Positions 62,870 through 64,000 of a stretch of DNA of 64,000 bases are shown here, piece by piece (positions within the stretch are counted from its first letter, which is position 1; every line of letters starts with the position of its first letter). A program made the translations under genes and the position numbers. The notes beneath the pieces are model-generated. The model was not told the origin of the DNA. It saw nothing but the letters and a program-made list of their open reading frames with translations, and ran no database searches. The stretch comes from Amoebidium appalachense. Its lineage: Eukaryota > Protista > Ichthyosporea. Location: NCBI GenBank assembly GCA_963693365.1, contig CAVNZM010000002.1:5844259-5908258 (forward strand). Reading direction: 5' to 3'.

Positions 62870-63966
62870 AATTTGAGCTGTTTAAATGACCAATTTCTAT
62901 AAAGATGTGCTTTCCGATTACGACGTTATGCTGAAAGAAGCACTGTGACAGAAACCAACCAAGAAAATCACTGTACCGGAGTTTGCGCCCTTTGTTACAA
63001 GCACGATTGCGAAGCTCGAAGCAGTACTTTGGTCGCAATACCACGTACGGAACGGAGGGGGTTGCCAACCTTATGACGTTTTGCAAGGCTACCATATGCC
63101 AAAACAAAGTAGTGTACAAAGAACACCCGATGCACATACCTCCCATGCAAACACGATGCAGGATGTTTACTCGGTTGTCTCGAATCACATGTACAAATAC
63201 GTATACGTGCAAGCACTCATTGATAATTTGCAAAACCGATTCCCCTCGGACGAGTGCACTGAGGCTATGGACGTGTTTGTTCCATCGAAGTTCCCCACAC
63301 CAAAAGCAGTCTCGAAGCATACGGAAACGACAAGATTAGAGTGCTCGCTGAGTTCTATGGGTCTGTTAAAACAGTGGGCGGAACGAATTATATACCCCCA
63401 CTTGCCGCCGAAGATGTGATAGATCAGTGGCCACGTGCCAAACAAATTATCTTTGAGCACCGGCATCTCCTTGAGGTTAAAGTACGTAGAAAATGTACCT
63501 GTTGGATATAGGTCTCTGAACGAGGCATGGGCCGATCTCTGTAAGATAGAAACTTTGCAATCATATTGTGCTGCTGTACTTTGAGTTGGTTAACATTGTG
63601 AGAATAATCCCATGGCCATGTAGTAATGCAACAAGTGAACGTGGCTTCTCTGGTATGAATATCATTAAGACTTCTCTCAAAGCACGTATGACAACACTGA
63701 CAGTGCACAATCAGCTCATGATAGCCATGAATGGGCCGGATATAGAGGCAGATGTGAAGCACGTGAAAGCTGAGCTGAGCTTAAGCTTCAGAAAGAATTT
63801 AGTTAAAGAGGGCAAACTGAAAGGGTTGACTGTAGAAGGGGCCAAGGAGCAGCTGGAAAAGGCCCAGGTGGCCGAGGCAGCAGCCCAAAAGAAGGCTCTG
63901 GCAGATTTCCTGGCTTTTGACTGGAACAGGGTGCACAATGTGTATATTGCCAACCCTTTCAAATAA
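62870..63966 (+). mobile_element. hAT transposase remnant, frameshifted, with C-terminal dimerisation domain
   Basis: YVQALIDNLQNRFP...MDVFVP (63081 frame) and IIPWPCSNATSERGFSGMNIIKTSLKARMTTLTVHNQLMIAMNGP (63568 frame); frames are broken. Confidence 0.85.
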
Positions 63967-64000
63967 ATTGGATCTCTGACAACACACCAGCACCTATAGT

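Overview
Intron-rich eukaryotic genomic DNA, probably from a protist; the taxon cannot be fixed from sequence alone. Short GC-rich exons sit in introns full of poly-C/poly-G runs and (CA)n/(TG)n tracts, so most ORFs in the supplied track are microsatellite artefacts. Splicing exons by hand gave five host genes: the 3' part of UTP25/DIEXF (+), an MgtE-type Mg2+ transporter membrane-domain gene (+), a 16-exon fungal/animal-type threonine synthase (-), SND2/TMEM208 (+, head-to-head with threonine synthase) and RCHY1/Pirh2 (-). Also present are a near-intronless 498-codon Pmp-like beta-helix ORF, a long decayed gene of unknown identity, IS630/Tc1-like and hAT transposase remnants, MITE-like elements and minisatellites. 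The most interesting signal is a family of about 15 intronic repeats in three subfamilies. Most share one end abutting a poly-C run, all lie antisense to their host gene, the longer copies carry a ~120-nt hairpin with hammerhead-like core motifs, and these continue into a decayed ORF that starts with a GIY-YIG endonuclease motif. I interpret them as (C)n-targeting Penelope-like retroelements with an N-terminal endonuclease. The threonine synthase has a predicted C-terminal tail anchor, a GC-AG intron and an apparent 1-bp frameshift. All calls come from reading and motif recall; no searches were run.
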